Below the pieces are notes generated by a model. That model was given only the letters and a program-made list of their open reading frames with translations, had not been told where the DNA came from and ran no database searches. A stretch of DNA of 64,000 nt from positions 4,128,001-4,192,000 of the forward strand of contig OZ241875.1 in NCBI GenBank assembly GCA_965203325.1. Reading direction: 5' to 3'. Below, one piece after another: positions 1 through 10,120 of the stretch (positions within the stretch are counted from its first letter, which is position 1; each line of letters begins with the position of its first letter). This stretch comes from a bacterium (GTDB lineage: Bacteria > UBA8248). A program made the translations under genes and the position numbers.

Positions 1-2
1 TT

Positions 3-728
3 CGCGACCACCGGGGCGGGGGGCGTTCCAGCGCGCGGGAGACGGCCGCGCGTGTCGCGGCGGGAGCGATAGCCAAAAAACTCCTCGCCCGCCTCGGCGT
101 ATCGATTCTGGGCTACGTCGATCAGGTAGGAGCGGTTCGCTGGGATGGTGCGCATTTCGACGCGGACGAGATAGAGCGAAACATCGTTCGCTGCCCGGAC
201 GCGGAAACGGCGTCCCGGATGGAGGCGGCCATCCTCGAGGCCCGAAAGGCGGGCGACTCGGTGGGCGGCGCCATCACGGTTCAGGCCGATGGCGTTCCGG
301 CGGGCTGGGGAGAGCCGCTTTACGGGCGTCTCGACTCCGATCTCGCAGCGGCGATGATGAGCATCAACGCGGTGAAGGGGGTGGAAATCGGTTCCGGTTT
401 CCGGGCCGCCGGTATGCAGGGTTCGGAGAACAACGATCCGTTCGAGTTGAAAAACGGCGAGCCGAGGGTGAGGACGAACAACGCGGGCGGCATTCTGGGC
501 GGCATATCCACGGGGGCGCCGGTTGTGGTTCGCTTCGCGGTGAAGCCGACTTCCTCCATTTTGCTCGAGCAGGACACGGTGACGACCTCGGGAGAGAAAA
601 CGACCGTGAAGGTAGAGGGGCGGCACGACCCGTGCGTGGCGACACGAGCGGTGCCCATCGGCGAAGCGATGATGGCGCTCGTTCTGGCGGACCATTGGCG
701 TCTCGGTCTGGGAAGCCGCATCGAATAA
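3..728 (+). CDS. aroC: Chorismate synthase (5'-partial, runs off window start)
   Basis: Frame from nt 3 reads RDHRGGGRSSARETA; later DSVGG, NNAGGILGGISTG, VKPTSSI and GRHDPC motifs. Confidence 0.97.
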   Translation, partial: RDHRGGGRSSARETAARVAAGAIAKKLLARLGVSILGYVDQVGAVRWDGAHFDADEIERNIVRCPDAETASRMEAAILEARKAGDSVGGAITVQADGVPAGWGEPLYGRLDSDLAAAMMSINAVKGVEIGSGFRAAGMQGSENNDPFELKNGEPRVRTNNAGGILGGISTGAPVVVRFAVKPTSSILLEQDTVTTSGEKTTVKVEGRHDPCVATRAVPIGEAMMALVLADHWRLGLGSRIE

Positions 729-880
729 CGTGATTGAGCGCTTTTGGAAGCACCATCATGGATTTTGACGGTATTCGGTTTCTGGAACGTCATGAAGCAC
801 GCTGCGAACCTTTGTTTTTTAAGGTGAAGTATATCGAGTAAAGTCATTGAAATTACTTCCGTTTCTTCACGGAGATCGTC

Positions 881-1678
881 ATGAAAATCGGGGTCGTCGG
901 TCTGGGCGTTATAGGCAAGGCTGTGGTGAAGGCGGTGGATGAAGGGAAAATACCCGTCGATATACCGGTCGCTACGACTCGTTCACCGGAGAAGGTGAAA
1001 GATTTTCTGGCGAGTCTGGAAAATCCACCGCACATGACGGACTTGGCGGGCGTGGCGAAAGAAGCGGATGTCGTGATGGAAGCATCGGGCGGAGACACCG
1101 TAGAGGCGATTTGCCATGAGAGTTTCGCGCGGGGAAAAGACGTAATCATCAACTCCGTGGGCGCGCTTCTCGATCGGGATGATTTGATCGAAGAGGCGAA
1201 GAGGGGAGGTGCCCGCATTTTCATTCCCTCGGGCGCCATTATTGGATTGGACGGTCTCAAAGGGGCTTCCGCGGGCGGTATGGAATCCGTCACCATGACG
1301 ACCAGAAAACCGCCCGAGAGCCTGAAAGGAGCCCCTTATGTCGAAGAGCAGGGGATTGATCTCGACGCCATCGATGAGCCGACGGTGATTTTCGAGGGAA
1401 ATCCCCTGGAAGCGTGCAAGGCGTTTCCAGCCAACGTGAACGTGTCCGCCGCCGTGAGCTTCGCGGGGATCGGGCCGCTCAGGACGAAGTTGCGGGTTGT
1501 TTGCGATCCTACGGTCAATCGAAACATCCACGAAGTAGAAGCGGTAGGGGAATTCGGGCGTTCCTTCATCCGTATCGAGAATGTGCCGTCCGAGAATCAT
1601 CGAACGGGTATATTGACGTATCTCTCGACTTTTTCCTTCCTTAGAGATCGAACATCCACATTGATTGTCGGCACCTAG
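881..1678 (+). CDS. nadX: L-aspartate dehydrogenase
   Basis: GxGxxG Rossmann start; SVGAL, PSGAIIGLD, RKPP, FPANVNV and NIHE motifs. Confidence 0.85.
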   Translation: MKIGVVGLGVIGKAVVKAVDEGKIPVDIPVATTRSPEKVKDFLASLENPPHMTDLAGVAKEADVVMEASGGDTVEAICHESFARGKDVIINSVGALLDRDDLIEEAKRGGARIFIPSGAIIGLDGLKGASAGGMESVTMTTRKPPESLKGAPYVEEQGIDLDAIDEPTVIFEGNPLEACKAFPANVNVSAAVSFAGIGPLRTKLRVVCDPTVNRNIHEVEAVGEFGRSFIRIENVPSENHRTGILTYLSTFSFLRDRTSTLIVGT

Positions 1679-1715
1679 CAGGTTGACGCGCGGTGCCGGA
1701 GTGGAGGGTGGTTTA

Positions 1716-2699
1716 TTGAACCGGAACGTCGTTTTTTTCGTACCGGAGCCGCGTGCGCCCATCGAGTCGCTGCGAAACATGCTGGAGCCGCATGGCGAGT
1801 TTCGCGACGGCGGCCACCGGAAGTGGTCCGAAGACGAGTTGGTGCGCGATGCCCATGAATGGGACGCCCTGCTGGTGACTTCGAGAGAGCAAATCACCGA
1901 ACGGGTCATTAAAGCTGGTAAGCGTCTGAAACTCATCGCCAAAATAGGCGTAGGAGTGGAGAACATTGATATCCCTGCCGCTACGAGGCGAAAAATTCCG
2001 GTCACGAACTGCCCGGGCGCCAACGCCGTCGCCGTGGCGGAAGCATCCCTGGGCTTGATGCTGGCCGCGAGCCGCCGTATTCCTCAGGGAATGGAGAAGC
2101 TGCGGGGTGGGGGTTGGCGGGAGGGCATCTGGATCGCGAACGAGATGAGCCGAGCGACGTTCGGCATCGTCGGCTTCGGGAACATCGGGCGTGAACTGGC
2201 CCGTCTTCTGTCCGGTTTTGAGGGCCGCGTCCTGGCGTATGACGCGTTCGTGCGCGATGAGGCGGTACGCGAGGCGGGCGTGGAGCCGGTGGATTTGGAT
2301 ACGCTGACGAGCGAGTCTGACTTCATATCGATTCATTGCAGTTTGACGCCCGAGACGCGGTATATGTTCGATGCCCGAAGGTTTCGGATGATGAAAAAAT
2401 CCGCGGTGCTGGTGAACTGCGCGCGTGGCGCGATTATCAATGAGGCGGCGTTGGTTCACGCGCTCAGGGAAGGGGAAATCTCCTCGGCCGGCATCGATGT
2501 TTTCGAGGAGGAACCCCCGCACCCGGACAATCCGCTTTTCAGTCTTCCAAACGCCGTTGTGACGCCGCACTTCGCCGGCGCGAGCCACGAGGCGCGCGAG
2601 CGCGTGAACCGGTTGGCCGGCGAGAATGTGCTGGCTGTATTGAGGGGAGAGCAGGTGAATCCCGCGACCCTGCTGAACCCCGAGGTGTACGAAGACTGA
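1716..2699 (+). CDS. D-isomer-specific 2-hydroxyacid dehydrogenase (SerA/GhrB-like)
   Basis: GVGVENID, NAVAVAE, GFGNIG, NCARG, DVFEEEP and TPHFAG motifs; TTG start after GGAGG inferred. Confidence 0.9.
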   Translation: MNRNVVFFVPEPRAPIESLRNMLEPHGEFRDGGHRKWSEDELVRDAHEWDALLVTSREQITERVIKAGKRLKLIAKIGVGVENIDIPAATRRKIPVTNCPGANAVAVAEASLGLMLAASRRIPQGMEKLRGGGWREGIWIANEMSRATFGIVGFGNIGRELARLLSGFEGRVLAYDAFVRDEAVREAGVEPVDLDTLTSESDFISIHCSLTPETRYMFDARRFRMMKKSAVLVNCARGAIINEAALVHALREGEISSAGIDVFEEEPPHPDNPLFSLPNAVVTPHFAGASHEARERVNRLAGENVLAVLRGEQVNPATLLNPEVYED

Positions 2700-2827
2700 T
2701 TTTGACCGGGAATTGCGCGTGATTTATTTGCCTCGGAGGCTTGCGCCGATCCGTGCCGAATCACTATACTTGCGCGGTTGTTCGGAACTCCGGGTCCCAC
2801 AATCCCACAGTGCTGGAGGATGTTTTT

Positions 2828-3742
2828 TTGGAAGGTGCTACAGATAAAATTTGGATGGATGGAAAATTCGTCCCTTGGGATGAAGCCAAAATTCATGTCC
2901 TCACGCATTCGCTGCACTACGGATTGGGGGTATTCGAGGGAATTCGCTGCTATCAGACAGAGCGAGGCTCCGCCGTTTTTCGCCTGGAAGAGCACATGCG
3001 GAGGCTCTATGACTCCGCGCAGATTGTGGGTCTCGATGTGCCCGTCACACAGGATGACTTCACCGAGGCGGTGCTGGAGACGATTCGCACCAACGAGATG
3101 AAGGCTTGCTACATACGCCCGCTCATCTGGCTCGGCTATGGATCCATGGGGGTGAACCCCAAGGGGTCGCTCACCCATGCGATGGTGGCCGTGTGGAGCT
3201 GGGGGGCGTATTTGGGCGAGGAAGGCTTGGCGAAGGGCATTCGGGTCAAGGTCTCATCCTTCACGTCCCATCACCCGAACAGCTACATGACGAAGGCGAA
3301 AACCACGGGCAACTACGCCGTGAGCCAGATGGCGAAGCTGGAAGCCGTGGGCGCGGGTTACGATGAGGCGCTCATGCTGGACCCGGAGGGTCTGGTGACG
3401 CAGGGCTCGGGCGAGAACATCTTCATCGTCCGAGACGGGGTGATCAAAACGCCGCCTCTGCATGGCGTGTTGGGGGGCATTACGCGCGACACCATCGTTC
3501 AACTCGCCGATGAGCAGGGTGTTGAATTACAGGTTGCTCCCTTCGCGCGAGATGAAGTCTATGTGGCGGATGAGGCCTTCTTCACGGGTACGGCGGCCGA
3601 GGTGACTCCCATCCGGGAGGTGGACGACAGGACAATCGGTGCGGGAGAGCCCGGCCCGGTGACGCAGAGAATCCAATCTGCATTCTTCGAGATCGTGAAC
3701 GGGCGCGACGAGAGCAAGCTCGATTGGCTGACTTTTATCTAA
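2828..3742 (+). CDS. ilvE: Branched-chain amino acid aminotransferase
   Basis: LHYGLGVFEGIRCY, AKTTGNY, SGENIF, GITRDT and FFTGTAAEVTPI; TTG start after GGAGG. Confidence 0.95.
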   Translation: MEGATDKIWMDGKFVPWDEAKIHVLTHSLHYGLGVFEGIRCYQTERGSAVFRLEEHMRRLYDSAQIVGLDVPVTQDDFTEAVLETIRTNEMKACYIRPLIWLGYGSMGVNPKGSLTHAMVAVWSWGAYLGEEGLAKGIRVKVSSFTSHHPNSYMTKAKTTGNYAVSQMAKLEAVGAGYDEALMLDPEGLVTQGSGENIFIVRDGVIKTPPLHGVLGGITRDTIVQLADEQGVELQVAPFARDEVYVADEAFFTGTAAEVTPIREVDDRTIGAGEPGPVTQRIQSAFFEIVNGRDESKLDWLTFI

Positions 3743-3761
3743 CGACGAGGAGAAACGAGAA

Positions 3762-4094
3762 GTGCCGATTTACGAGTATGAATGCAGTGCATGTGGAGAT
3801 GAGCACGAAGTCATCCAGAGGATGGGAGCCGGTGCTCTCCGGAAATGCCCGAGTTGCGGCGCGCTCAGACTCAGACGCAAAATCTCCCGCTCCGCCTTCC
3901 ACCTCAAAGGCGACGGCTGGTATGTGACGGATTACGCCTCGAACGGCAAAAAGCAAGAGACTGAGTCTCAAGGAACAGCTTCCGATTCGAAATCAGAGAA
4001 CAAATCCACCGAGAAGAAAGAGACGACGGCCACGAACGGCACGGCCTCGAAGCAGACCAGTAAGAAAAAATCCGAACCGGTAGCCGCAGGCTAG
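3762..4094 (+). CDS. FmdB-family zinc ribbon protein
   Basis: MPIYEYECSAC...CPSCG...FHLKGDGWYVTDY plus low-complexity tail. Confidence 0.9.
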   Translation: MPIYEYECSACGDEHEVIQRMGAGALRKCPSCGALRLRRKISRSAFHLKGDGWYVTDYASNGKKQETESQGTASDSKSENKSTEKKETTATNGTASKQTSKKKSEPVAAG

Positions 4095-4864
4095 TTTTTC
4101 GGTAAAAACGCGACCATCCTCACGATACAGCCATCACCGCCCGTCCAGCGCCAGGGAAATGCGGCCAGCGCGAATCGTTTGCCCACGACCTTCTCGATGT
4201 CACCCCCCACGTTCTCGAAGCCTACGATGCTGTTTCCCAATAACGCGCGGTGGCAGGGCTCCCAATCGGGGAAGGCCTCGCTCGTGGGGCGGTCGAAGCG
4301 TTCTTCGTATTCCTTGATAGTGAACGGGCAGATGGGCTGGGGCCCCCAGGCGATTTTCGTCCCCAGCGGATGGTCGAGCGCCTGCTGATCCACGCCCACG
4401 CCCTTCACGCCGCGTTCCACGAACCATTCGCCCGCCTCCTTGTAGAGACCGGGGGAGTAGATAAAGTATTTTGTGTTGTCGCCGTAGTAGCGGTGCCATC
4501 CGGTGTGGACGATGACGATGTCGCCCGGACGAATCTCCGGCCTCGCGTTTTCGAGGTCTTCGGGCGTAATGACTTCCCATTCCTCCTTTGGAATATCGAC
4601 GCAAACGGCGTTGCCGAAATAGCTTCGCAGCGGCACCTCGTCCATGAACGGCGTACCCTCGATGACGTGCGCGGGCGCGTCGGTGTGGGTCGTGCAGTGC
4701 ATGAACGTGGTGATTTGCTGGCTCAGCACCTGACTTTTGGCGTGATAGTGAAACCTTTCGATCTTGACATCGGGAAAGTAGGGCCAAAGCGGGGCGCCAT
4801 GCCCCCAGGGGTGGCTCAAGTCGAGAATCTCGTAATCATCCAGGCGGTCCGTGTCGATTATCAT
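4091..4864 (-). CDS. Cyclase family (kynurenine formamidase-like) metal hydrolase
   Basis: DLSHP, HCTTHTDAPAH metal motif, GDIVIVHTG, GVD, ENV; ATG at 4864. Confidence 0.88.
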   Translation of the reverse strand: MIIDTDRLDDYEILDLSHPWGHGAPLWPYFPDVKIERFHYHAKSQVLSQQITTFMHCTTHTDAPAHVIEGTPFMDEVPLRSYFGNAVCVDIPKEEWEVITPEDLENARPEIRPGDIVIVHTGWHRYYGDNTKYFIYSPGLYKEAGEWFVERGVKGVGVDQQALDHPLGTKIAWGPQPICPFTIKEYEERFDRPTSEAFPDWEPCHRALLGNSIVGFENVGGDIEKVVGKRFALAAFPWRWTGGDGCIVRMVAFLPKN

Positions 4865-4986
4865 GCTATATTCGTCCTTCCAGTAGGGGTGTGAGAAATT
4901 TTCAGGTTTTGAATTCGAGAAAATGTAGCAAAGATTCGAAAACGCCGCCATGAAGACGTGCTTTTCGTGACGATGAAAGGGAAATC

Positions 4987-5223
4987 GTGGAAACTCATGA
5001 GTGCCCCGCGTGCAGCTTGCGGTTCCGGCATGCGCGCCCCGATGCGTGCACCGCCTGCAGCCGGGTGCATTGCCGTAACTGCCTTAGGGTGTTCAGGGAC
5101 GAGATGGAAGAAGAGCCGGAGGGGCGCTTCATCGTTTTGTGCCCTGAGTGCGAGGATTCCATCTCCTGGCGAGTGGATGCGCAGGAGGTATCAGCGTCGA
5201 ACTGGGCGGAATATGGTGGATGA
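4987..5223 (+). CDS. Small 8-Cys zinc-finger protein (FYVE-like spacing)
   Basis: GTG start after AAAGGGA; four CxxC pairs (CPAC, CTAC, CRNC, CPEC). Confidence 0.6.
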   Translation: METHECPACSLRFRHARPDACTACSRVHCRNCLRVFRDEMEEEPEGRFIVLCPECEDSISWRVDAQEVSASNWAEYGG

Positions 5224-5298
5224 GTATCGCACGCAGCGAAAATGCGGGGCGCATCTTGCCAGAGGGCATGAGGAGAGGCTAAGTTACATCTTCTTTCT

Positions 5299-5385
5299 GC
5301 CGGAGTGGCGGAATTGGTAGACGCAGTGGACTCAAAATCCACCGGGGGCAACCCCTTGCCGGTTCGAGTCCGGCCTCCGGCACCA
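5299..5385 (+). tRNA. tRNA-Leu (anticodon CAA)
   Basis: GCCGGAG/CTCCGGC acceptor stem, GGAATTGGTAGAC D arm, GTGGA-CTCAAAA-TCCAC anticodon arm, long variable arm, GGTTCGAGTCC T arm, encoded CCA. Confidence 0.97.
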
Positions 5386-5432
5386 ACTTGCGTTTCGTCC
5401 AAGAGGTTTTTCGATAGGACAAGAAAGTCCCC

Positions 5433-6539
5433 ATGCGCGTACCCCTTTATGACTTGAAAGCCCAAAACGGGCCGCTGAAAGCGCAGATTTTGGCGGCAGT
5501 GGACAACGTGATGACCCACCAGAGGTTCGTCATGGGTGAGGAGATCGGCGCTTTTGAATCCGAAATGGCGGCCTACTGCGGCGCAGGGCACACCATCGCC
5601 GTCTCCTCGGGCACGGATGCTCTGCTGTTGGCGCTGATGGCGAACGACGTTCGTCCCGGAGATGAGATAATCACTTCGTCGTTTACGTTTTTCGCCACCG
5701 CGGGCGTCATCCATCGTCTGGGCGCGAAACCGGTTTTCGTGGATATCGACCCCGAAACGTTCAATCTCGCTCCTGGGCGGCTTGAAGAGGCCGCCACGCA
5801 GAATACGAAAGGGGTCATGCCCGTTCATATGTACGGCCGCTGCGCTCAGATGGCGGAGATTCTCGAAATAGCCGAACGCCACCGGCTTTTCGTCGTGGAA
5901 GACGCCGCCCAAGCCGTCGGCGCGCGGGTCGGTCCGGGTATGGCCGGCGCCATGGGGGATGTGGGCTGTCTGTCGTTTTACCCGACCAAAAATCTGAGTG
6001 CGCTTGGCGATGCCGGTATGGTTTTGGCCAATGACGGCGCGCTGGCCGAGCGTATGCGCAAACTCAGGATTCACGGTTCGCCTGATAATTCCGAATATCG
6101 TGAGGTAGGCGGTAATTTCAGGATGGATACGATGCAGGCGGCGGTTTTGTCCATCAAACTACAGCGCCTGGAAGAGTGGAATGCAAAAAGACGGCAAAAC
6201 GCCATGAAATATCAAGAAAGGTTCGAGAGCAGCGGGATCATCGGGGAGCGGTTCGCACCACCCTTGATTCCGAATGAGGGCCATGTGTTTCACCAATATG
6301 TGGTTCGTACACCGGAGCGGGAAGCGCTGCAAGAACATTTGTTGCGAAACGGCGTTGGTTGCGCTGTATATTATCCCTCTCCTTTACATCTCCATCCCTG
6401 TTTTGACGGTTATAAAGAGGGGGATTTCCCGGAGAGCGAGGCCGCAGCAGCCCAGGTTCTGTCGCTTCCCGTCTACCCGGAATTGCCGGAAGAGGACCTC
6501 GATTTTGTGGCGGAGACCGTGATTCGATTTTTTGAATAA
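5433..6539 (+). CDS. DegT/DnrJ/EryC1/StrS family PLP sugar aminotransferase
   Basis: SSGTDAL, FTFFATA, VEDAAQAVG and SFYPTKNL motifs. Confidence 0.95.
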   Translation: MRVPLYDLKAQNGPLKAQILAAVDNVMTHQRFVMGEEIGAFESEMAAYCGAGHTIAVSSGTDALLLALMANDVRPGDEIITSSFTFFATAGVIHRLGAKPVFVDIDPETFNLAPGRLEEAATQNTKGVMPVHMYGRCAQMAEILEIAERHRLFVVEDAAQAVGARVGPGMAGAMGDVGCLSFYPTKNLSALGDAGMVLANDGALAERMRKLRIHGSPDNSEYREVGGNFRMDTMQAAVLSIKLQRLEEWNAKRRQNAMKYQERFESSGIIGERFAPPLIPNEGHVFHQYVVRTPEREALQEHLLRNGVGCAVYYPSPLHLHPCFDGYKEGDFPESEAAAAQVLSLPVYPELPEEDLDFVAETVIRFFE

Positions 6540-6571
6540 AGTTCTACGCTGTGTTCGTGCAGGCCGTTGAT

Positions 6572-6937
6572 TCAGTTTTTCCATGTCAGATAGAGCAGGG
6601 CCAGAAGAAGTCCCGCCACCCCGAACCAGAGGATCTTCCCTTCCGTTTTGAGGTAGTTCCGCCACTCCGCCCTGTCGTCCTCGGTGAATGGCTCCCTGCG
6701 CGTCCCGTCATCGTGCGGGCCGGTGATTTCCTGATATAAATCCTTTTCCCCCGGGGTGTCTGATTCTTGTTTCTGGCGGTTTTGCGCCGTCCAGTTCAAA
6801 AGGGCGAAATAGGCGAGAAAGACGGTTATCGCCAAAAGCCCCGTGATTCGGGCGGCCGTGTGATCTCCGAACATCCAACTCCCGATTCCCACGCCTAGAA
6901 TGACGAGAAGAAAAACCGGGGAACAACCGGTGAGCAT
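6572..6937 (-). CDS. Hypothetical membrane protein
   Basis: ATG with GGAG upstream; 2-3 hydrophobic segments; last gene of the minus-strand run. Confidence 0.6.
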   Translation of the reverse strand: MLTGCSPVFLLVILGVGIGSWMFGDHTAARITGLLAITVFLAYFALLNWTAQNRQKQESDTPGEKDLYQEITGPHDDGTRREPFTEDDRAEWRNYLKTEGKILWFGVAGLLLALLYLTWKN

Positions 6938-6995
6938 GTTTTCTCCAATTGCTTAAGAACAAGGATTCTCGGTTTTCCGAAATCTCAAAAAAGAC

Positions 6996-7604
6996 TCACC
7001 CCTTATTCTGCCCGATGCGATTTTCCTCCCCCCGCAACAATCGCTCGATGTTGTCCTGATGTTTCCAAACCACCAACAAGGAGATGAATACGGACGAGGC
7101 GCAAACCACTGTGGAGTAGTTCATCCAAAAGCCCGCGAGCGGCACGGCCGCCGCGGCGAACATGGAACCGAGGGACACGTACCGCGTTACGGCCACTACG
7201 AGAATGAAGACCAAAGCGGCAATGGCCGTAGGCCCCGGGGTCAGGAGGGCGAATACGCCCAGGCCGGTGGCCACCCCCTTGCCCCCGCGAAACCCCGTGA
7301 ACGGCGAATACATGTGCCCGAGGACCGCCGCAAGGGCGGCAATGGGCTCCAGGGAGGGGACGGAGACGCGCGAGGCCACATAACGGGCGAAAAGGACGGC
7401 GGCGACGCCTTTGAGCACATCGAGCAGGAGGGTGAAAACACCGCTTTTCCAACCACTCGTTCTCAAGACGTTTGTCGCGCCGATGTTGCCGCTTCCGGAT
7501 TTTCGCGGGTCCTCGGCGCCGAGCAATCGGGTGATCACCACCCCGAAGGGTATGGCTCCCAGGAATCCACCGACCAGAACGACGAGGGAAAAAGCGCCCA
7601 TCAA
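6996..7604 (-). CDS. plsY: Glycerol-3-phosphate acyltransferase PlsY
   Basis: GSGNIGATNVLR, DVLKG, GH...FRGGKGVATGLG, HQDNIERL. Confidence 0.96.
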   Translation of the reverse strand: MMGAFSLVVLVGGFLGAIPFGVVITRLLGAEDPRKSGSGNIGATNVLRTSGWKSGVFTLLLDVLKGVAAVLFARYVASRVSVPSLEPIAALAAVLGHMYSPFTGFRGGKGVATGLGVFALLTPGPTAIAALVFILVVAVTRYVSLGSMFAAAAVPLAGFWMNYSTVVCASSVFISLLVVWKHQDNIERLLRGEENRIGQNKG

Positions 7605-8215
7605 GAGATGGCTCGAATGATTTGCCGGAAGTAATCAACCGCAGAAACCACCGCCGCTATCATGGCGGCCCAAATCAAAATGGTGCCCAGCGGCGGGAAA
7701 ATACCCAGGATGAGGAAAAAAATCGCCGTGACCTCCAGGCCCATCTTGATTTTGCCGAGAAAGCCCGCCGGCACCACCAGTCCCTGGCGCATGGCTACGG
7801 CGCGAAAAGCCGTCACCAGAAGCTCCCGACCCAGCAGGATGCCCACGACCCAGGCGTCCACTTTCCCCAGCGATACCAGGGGGATTAAAGCGGCGACGAT
7901 AAGCAGCTTGTCGGCCACGGGGTCGAGAATCTCCCCGAGAGGGGTGATCTGGTCGCGCGTTCTGGCCAAGTGGCCGTCGAGCCAGTCCGTAAAGGCCGCC
8001 ATGACGAAGAGGCCGGCCGCAAAGTATTGCGCGGGGGGCGAGCCTTCGAGCAAGAACATGACGAGCAATGGAACCATCAGGATGCGAGCGAGCGTCAGAC
8101 TGTTCGCGAGCGTGAATTTTTCCCCGGTTCCACTCGCGATGAGGCGCGAGGCGGCTTCTCGCCAGCTTTCGGGAGAAGCGTCAGATTTTTGTGGTTCTGC
8201 CTCGGACATCGTCAA
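7601..8215 (-). CDS. pgsA: CDP-diacylglycerol--glycerol-3-phosphate 3-phosphatidyltransferase
   Basis: TDWLDGHLAR...LGEILDPVADKLL CDP-alcohol phosphotransferase motif; GKIK. Confidence 0.93.
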   Translation of the reverse strand: MTMSEAEPQKSDASPESWREAASRLIASGTGEKFTLANSLTLARILMVPLLVMFLLEGSPPAQYFAAGLFVMAAFTDWLDGHLARTRDQITPLGEILDPVADKLLIVAALIPLVSLGKVDAWVVGILLGRELLVTAFRAVAMRQGLVVPAGFLGKIKMGLEVTAIFFLILGIFPPLGTILIWAAMIAAVVSAVDYFRQIIRAIS

Positions 8216-9201
8216 CTCAGAAAATCATGCAGTGTCTGGTGGCTGCCTTCCGCGCGAAAGCGATTGATCACTTTTTTCTCTATTTGCCTGATTCTTTCAC
8301 GCGATAGCCCGAGTTTGCTCCCGATTTCTTCGAGCGTCATCGCCTCTCCGTCGAAGCCGTAGCGCATACGGATGATGTCGCGCTCTCTGGGGTCGAGTTC
8401 TGCAAGCAAGTCCTCCACTTCCTCTTCCAGAGAGTGCTGCACCACGTTTTCCTCCACGGATGCGGCGCTTGGCTCTTCGAGTAAATCGAGATAGCTGGTG
8501 TCATCGTCGGGAGAGACGGTGGCATCGAGAGAAAGATATTTCCGATTCACGCGTATGAGTTTCTCGATGTCCGCCACTTTTATGTTCAACCGTTCGGACA
8601 ATTCGAATGTTGTCGGTTCACGCCTGAATTCCTGCCGGAGCTTCTCGTACATGATGGAGATTTTGTGCAGAAGACCGGCCTGCTTGACGGGCAGTCGGAC
8701 GGTGCTCCTCTGATTCGCGAGAGCGTGCATGATGCTTTGGCGAATCCACCATACGGCGTAGGTGATGAGTTTTACGCCGCGTTCCGGATCGAAGCGTTTG
8801 ATCGCATTGATCAACCCGATATTTCCCTCATTTATCAAATCCTCGAGTGAAAGCCCGAAACTCTTGTAGCGATTCGCCACGTTGACGACGTACCTTAGGT
8901 TCGAACGAACGAGTTTGTTGAATGCTTTTTCATCCCCTTCGCTCGCCGCGATGGCGAGCGTGTGCTCTTCATCGCGCGTGAGAATAGGGTGCGCGCCGAT
9001 ATTTCTCAGGTAGAGGGACAGTGTATCCACGGCGGGGGAGTCGGGCGCGCCTTCGTCCGAATCACTGGATGAATCGGAAAACGCGGGAGTATTCTCCGTT
9101 TCGTTTATCGTGTAGGAATCCGTTTCTTTCGTATCGGGGGCCTCATCGTGTCCGGCAGGCAAAGTTCTGTCCTCGGACTCGCCTTCGTTCGGCTCAGTCA
9201 T
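8212..9201 (-). CDS. RpoD/RpoS-family sigma70 factor lacking region 1.1
   Basis: SNLRYVV, DLINEGNIGL, YAVWWIRQ, TLEEIG...SRERIRQIE. Confidence 0.93.
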   Translation of the reverse strand: MTEPNEGESEDRTLPAGHDEAPDTKETDSYTINETENTPAFSDSSSDSDEGAPDSPAVDTLSLYLRNIGAHPILTRDEEHTLAIAASEGDEKAFNKLVRSNLRYVVNVANRYKSFGLSLEDLINEGNIGLINAIKRFDPERGVKLITYAVWWIRQSIMHALANQRSTVRLPVKQAGLLHKISIMYEKLRQEFRREPTTFELSERLNIKVADIEKLIRVNRKYLSLDATVSPDDDTSYLDLLEEPSAASVEENVVQHSLEEEVEDLLAELDPRERDIIRMRYGFDGEAMTLEEIGSKLGLSRERIRQIEKKVINRFRAEGSHQTLHDFLS

Positions 9202-9252
9202 CGAGAGTCACTCGAATGCAGCCGGGTTGTTTGGACACGATGAGTTGAATCG

Positions 9253-10026
9253 TCATTTTTCACTCGTGAGCGCGAGAAGCCTGCTATATGCGGGGGAAGC
9301 GTACTGGTCATCGGGATATGACTCCAGGAGTGAGCCATAGGCTTCTCCTGCTTTCTTAAAGCTTTCCTCTATTCTGTAGCTTTCCCCCAGCTTGTACATG
9401 GCTTCAGCGCGTACGTGGGGGACATCTTCAAAATCCCGGATAATTTCCCTGTAGCGCGGAATCGCGGAGACTCGTAGATTCGTCCTGAAGTAAAAATTCG
9501 CGATAAACAGAGCGTTTTGGGCGAGATGTTGTCTTAACTCCAATATCTTCTGCTTTGCATCGGTCGTGTATTCCGAGCCGGGGAAGCGGCGCACGAGAGT
9601 CTGAAAGTTTTCGAGCGCATCTCTGGCGACGGATGCGTCCTGGTCAATGGCGAGATTCCTTTGATAATCGCTCATCGCGAGGAAATAGTATGCTTTCGGC
9701 GTTCCGGCGCTTACTGGATAGAGACGCACGTATTCAGCGTATTGCAGCTTCGATTCGATGTATTCTTCCGCGTGGTAGTATGAATCTCCCAATCGCAACA
9801 GCGCGCTTCGGCGGTGTTTGCTGTCGGGGTATTCCTCCAGCAAGCGCTTGAACGCAAGGCGCGCCGCCTCGAAACGCTCGGCCCGTAAATCCTCTTCGCC
9901 GATGACGAGCAATTCTCCGGGCGATGCCTGTTGCTTGGGACGGGAGACGCATCCACTCAGGATGAGAAGTACGCAAACCAGGGAGAAAACAACTGTCATG
10001 AGGTCGTGTGTAGCGCGATTGAACAT
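9253..10026 (-). CDS. bamD: Outer membrane assembly lipoprotein BamD
   Basis: Lipobox LSGC, TPR repeats, DQ...F..LV.RFP.S.Y...A pattern. Confidence 0.85.
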   Translation of the reverse strand: MFNRATHDLMTVVFSLVCVLLILSGCVSRPKQQASPGELLVIGEEDLRAERFEAARLAFKRLLEEYPDSKHRRSALLRLGDSYYHAEEYIESKLQYAEYVRLYPVSAGTPKAYYFLAMSDYQRNLAIDQDASVARDALENFQTLVRRFPGSEYTTDAKQKILELRQHLAQNALFIANFYFRTNLRVSAIPRYREIIRDFEDVPHVRAEAMYKLGESYRIEESFKKAGEAYGSLLESYPDDQYASPAYSRLLALTSEK

Positions 10027-10077
10027 CGTATTCTCTATTGAAAAGAAATAGCGCCCGGCAATTCTGGTTCACTTCGA

Positions 10078-10107
10078 ATCTTAGGAGAGCATCGAAGCAG
10101 GTGTCAA
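10078..10107 (-). promoter_or_regulatory. Candidate sigma70 promoter for bamD operon
   Basis: TTGACA-N18-TAAGAT on minus strand in the mltD-bamD gap. Confidence 0.6.
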
Positions 10108-10120
10108 GAAACCTTTGATT

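Noticed and set aside
5370..5385. tRNA-Leu 3' end as attachment site of an island
   Set aside because: No duplicated 3' end or integrase was seen in the window.
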